From: Eledone cirrhosa
Taxonomy: Eukaryota
Reading direction: 5' to 3'
NCBI GenBank assembly: GCA_964016885.1
Contig: OZ024750.1
Coordinates: 43,834,001-43,898,000, forward strand
DNA: 64,000 nucleotides
In this document: one piece after another, positions 60,885-64,000 of the stretch
Position numbering within the stretch: position 1 is the stretch's first letter
How the letters are laid out: the number at the start of each line of letters is the position of its first letter
Translations under genes and position numbers: made by a program
The notes under the pieces: model-generated
The model's database searches: none
Seen by the model: only the letters and a program-made list of their open reading frames with translations
What the model was told of the DNA's origin: nothing

Positions 60885-63800
60885 TTAATTGTAAGTTGTG
60901 ATGTTGCTGTTCCACTCATATTTTCTATTTAATTTTGGTTTTAATTCTTTTATGCTTACTGCCTCTGTAATTTGCCTAAACATTGCGTCTTTCTTGTGTG
61001 TGGATTCTATTTTTATTTCTATGCTCTCTAATTTACCCCTGTGTTCTATCTTAGCATGTTGGTAGAGCACAGATGATTCTTTAGTATCTTGGAGGTCTCG
61101 CCAGTGTTCATTTATTCGTTCCCCTATACTACGAGCTGTCTCACCTATGTACACTATATTTTTGTTTCTACATTGTCCCTCAGTACATCTTATGCTATAT
61201 ACTACATTTCTAGTTTTACAGTTAATATGGGGGCTTATTTTACAGGTTATACATTTCTTATCTATACATGAGGGTCTTTGGAACGGGTATGTCTTGCTAA
61301 TAAGTGTTTTTACGGAGGTACCAGGTCTTTCTACTATCTTAATATTGAGATTATGTTTCTTTAGGGCCCTTCTAAATTTGTAGGCTAGTTCACCTCTAGG
61401 GGTTGTATTGATGAACATTACACTCTGGTATTTATTGCTATCATACCATGAGTTTATTCTATTGGCCTTGTTCTTAGTTCTTTCTATTCTATTCCAAAAT
61501 TTGCTCCTATACAAGGGGCAGGTCCCATTTATGTCATTATTTACCATTTTTTCCCATTTGGTTCTGGCTCCTTTATACACTCTGATTCTATCTCTCTGAT
61601 TGTAGCCAGAGAACTGCATACGGTGGATGAAGTGTTGTATGTGTCTCTCTAGTTCTTCGGGGTTGCACATGCGGGACACATTTCTCATCACCCGTATCAA
61701 ATCCGCAATCAGTATGTTGATTTTGGTATGGTCCGAAATGGCCGAGTTTCGGTGGATCAGATGTTTGGAAGTCATGGGTTTGGCATAATGGGAATGGAGG
61801 ATTTGTTTTTGGTTGTTAATAGTATCTAACCAGAGCTCTGTGTCTAGTACAGGTAATCGATGGTTGGGGTGTCTACTTGGGTAGTCTATAGTAACTCTAA
61901 TGCTCTGGTGGATGGAGTTTGCTATTTGCTGGATGCTTTCCATTGTGTTTTTCTCAGGTTCCTGACTGTTCTTTAGTGGGGGTGTCTTAACTACGATGTT
62001 TATATCATCTACGTAGCGGGAGTACATTATCAGGGTTAATCTGTCTTCTAATTGTTCTTTAAGTTTTTGTTTAAGTCTACTGTCCCACCATACCATGAAC
62101 AAGTTAGCTATGTCGCCTGCAATGCTAACACCAATGGCTGCTCCTTCCTCTTGGGCATATGTTTTACCATTAAATTTGAACATATGTTCCTTAAGGGTTA
62201 ATTTTATGCTGGCCCCTACCGCATGTGCAATCATTTTCTTCAGTTCATCGTGGTTTTCGGGTGTCCGTATGGCTCTGGTCCACCCGTTCCATCTATCTGT
62301 GTGGGTTTTCTTGGCCATTGAGGTAATGGTAGGTGGTCTGCCTCTTGCTGGTCTTGTAGGGCACAGGTTGCTAAGGTCATAAGTGTCTAGGTAACTATTA
62401 CTATGGGTAAGCTTAAGTAGAAGTCCCAGCTCACTGGTATCAATCCCACGGAACTCAACCTTGCTCTCGCTGATCATTTCGACGCATTTCTCCACAGCAA
62501 AATCCACGTCAATAGATGGATACAGGGACACAACATCCATACTGCCTATTATGCAGTTTGTTAGGTCCCCAGATCGGTTACCCGCGTCGATTCTGCTGAG
62601 GAGGTCCTCCGTGCTGTCACACACATCTGGGGACATCTCAATGATGGGGCGTATGATCAGGGAGAGGAAGTAGGACAGTCTGTAGTTACTAGCAATGTTA
62701 GCCCCACAGACTGGCCGTGTTGGTGGTCCCGCGACAGGGTCCCAGCCCGTTTTATGGTCCTTTCGAAGCCCATACAACGCCGGCACGTCATTGTTCCAGG
62801 CCTGGAAGTTGTTGGCAGTCCTTTTGTTGGGCTGCATTATATTTGTCCACATCACCATATGGGCATTGAGGGTTTTTTCTCTGTCCTCATGCTCCTGTGG
62901 TGTTACCTCTCTTGTGTTAGTGATGTGGGGTTGCATTGCCTGGATGTAGTTTGGCAGGCTGTCAACCGACATTCTGCCAGACTTGTCTGTTGGAAAGCAT
63001 GCTATCTCTCCATTACGCGAGCGCTGCATGAGCTTACGCAAGCCATTTGCAGATTCTTCTCCCAGTTGCTGGGCCTCTATTCTATTATGCTTCTTGCTAT
63101 ACTGTTCTATAATATTTCTAAGTTCGGATTTAGCTATACTAAATTGTGCTTCTGTTTGTTCATCGACCTGCGACGGCAACTGCGTGCGTTTGTTAAATGG
63201 CAAAGTCGTGGCGTGGACTCGTCGTAGGTCGAATGATTTATCGGAGGGATTATAAAACGGAGAGTTCCAGGCTGCTGCTTTATGTGTACTTGCGCTATTG
63301 TTAGTTGTGTTGTTTCTATTTCCACCAACAGCAGCAGCCTCAGCTTCATGGTTGTTTCTATGTCTCTCATAATTACTCCTGTCTCTTTCCACTGGCTCAA
63401 TGTTGTTATCTACCCTATTTTGTGTGTCTGTGTGTTCGTCTTGGTTATTCTCTTTGTCCTTAGTCTCCCTACTCCTTTTAATCCTATTACTTTCTCTTAT
63501 TTCTCTGATTTCTGTGCTACTGTCATTACTTGTTTTCTGTGTCTGTGTGTTTGTTAAGATTGTAGTGGTGGTGAGAGGCATTGAATGTGTGTGTGTTGTT
63601 GTTGTTGATGTGTGTTGTTGTTGATGTGTGTTGTTGTCTCCGTGTGTGTGTGTGTTATCGTTGTTGTGTGTGTTGTTATTGTTGTTTGTGTTTGCGTGTC
63701 TGTTGTTGTTGTATCTGGGTATGTTGCTGTTGTTGTTGTTGTTGATGTGTGTGTTGTTGTTATTGTTGTCTCCGTGTGTGTTGTTATTGTTGTTTGTGTC

Positions 63801-63998
63801 TGCGTGTCTGTTGTATCTGGGTATGTTGCTATTGTTGGTATTGTATCTGGGTATGTTGCTATTGTTGTTGTTATTGTTGTTTGTGTCTGTGTGTCTGTTG
63901 TTGTTGGGATGTGTGTTGTATATGTGTGTGCGTATATTGTTGCTTTTGTTTTTGTTTTTGATGCTCCAGCGTAGTTTCGTAAATGATTTTTCTATTTC
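60885..63998 (-). CDS. Penelope-like reverse transcriptase / GIY-YIG endonuclease, uninterrupted, N-terminus beyond the window
   Basis: TDKSG, YGLRKDHK, PPTRPV, SMDVVSLYPSI, GAAIG, YSRYVDD, LPVLD; Cys linker CIDKKCITC; NVVYSIRC...YIGETAR..ERINEH; frame stays open from 63581 to the window edge. Confidence 0.93.
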   Translation of the reverse strand, partial: EIEKSFTKLRWSIKNKNKSNNIRTHIYNTHPNNNRHTDTNNNNNNNSNIPRYNTNNSNIPRYNRHADTNNNNNTHGDNNNNNTHINNNNNSNIPRYNNNRHANTNNNNNTHNNDNTHTHGDNNTHQQQHTSTTTTHTHSMPLTTTTILTNTQTQKTSNDSSTEIREIRESNRIKRSRETKDKENNQDEHTDTQNRVDNNIEPVERDRSNYERHRNNHEAEAAAVGGNRNNTTNNSASTHKAAAWNSPFYNPSDKSFDLRRVHATTLPFNKRTQLPSQVDEQTEAQFSIAKSELRNIIEQYSKKHNRIEAQQLGEESANGLRKLMQRSRNGEIACFPTDKSGRMSVDSLPNYIQAMQPHITNTREVTPQEHEDREKTLNAHMVMWTNIMQPNKRTANNFQAWNNDVPALYGLRKDHKTGWDPVAGPPTRPVCGANIASNYRLSYFLSLIIRPIIEMSPDVCDSTEDLLSRIDAGNRSGDLTNCIIGSMDVVSLYPSIDVDFAVEKCVEMISESKVEFRGIDTSELGLLLKLTHSNSYLDTYDLSNLCPTRPARGRPPTITSMAKKTHTDRWNGWTRAIRTPENHDELKKMIAHAVGASIKLTLKEHMFKFNGKTYAQEEGAAIGVSIAGDIANLFMVWWDSRLKQKLKEQLEDRLTLIMYSRYVDDINIVVKTPPLKNSQEPEKNTMESIQQIANSIHQSIRVTIDYPSRHPNHRLPVLDTELWLDTINNQKQILHSHYAKPMTSKHLIHRNSAISDHTKINILIADLIRVMRNVSRMCNPEELERHIQHFIHRMQFSGYNQRDRIRVYKGARTKWEKMVNNDINGTCPLYRSKFWNRIERTKNKANRINSWYDSNKYQSVMFINTTPRGELAYKFRRALKKHNLNIKIVERPGTSVKTLISKTYPFQRPSCIDKKCITCKISPHINCKTRNVVYSIRCTEGQCRNKNIVYIGETARSIGERINEHWRDLQDTKESSVLYQHAKIEHRGKLESIEIKIESTHKKDAMFRQITEAVSIKELKPKLNRKYEWNSNITTYN

Positions 63999-64000
63999 TG

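Larger units (their letters stand above)
60333..64000 (-). mobile_element. Penelope-like retroelement (EN+, C-terminal GIY-YIG) with 3' pLTR and tail, adjacent to (TA)n; 5' part outside window
   Basis: RT + GIY-YIG ORF followed by HHR-containing 3' region shared with 33571-34182. Confidence 0.92.

Overview
Repeat-dense eukaryotic (animal) genomic DNA, most likely a coleoid cephalopod such as Octopus. That assignment is an inference from the tRNA-derived SINE family and the extreme (TA)n/(CA)n/(GA)n load. No multi-exon host gene could be established; there are only a promoter-like first exon and a few candidate exons. Real protein-coding signal comes from retroelements: a near-intact Tx1/L1-clade LINE (1-2986 +), a decayed R4/Dong-like REL element in (TAA)n (22938-24897 +), a near-intact CR1-group LINE (47580-50560 -), RTE fragments, and an uninterrupted Penelope-like RT + GIY-YIG ORF (60885 to the window end, -). 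Also present are about 30 SINE copies, piggyBac-, hAT- and Helitron-like non-autonomous elements, and several minisatellites. Most ORF-track entries are microsatellite artefacts. The main finding is a set of at least four families of type I hammerhead-ribozyme (HHR)-bearing Penelope-type termini, mostly inserted in (TA)n and often as fold-back palindromes. Their turn-around points fall on ribozyme stems, and in one copy exactly on the predicted GUC cleavage site. Coordinates of repeats were read by eye and are approximate to a few bases.
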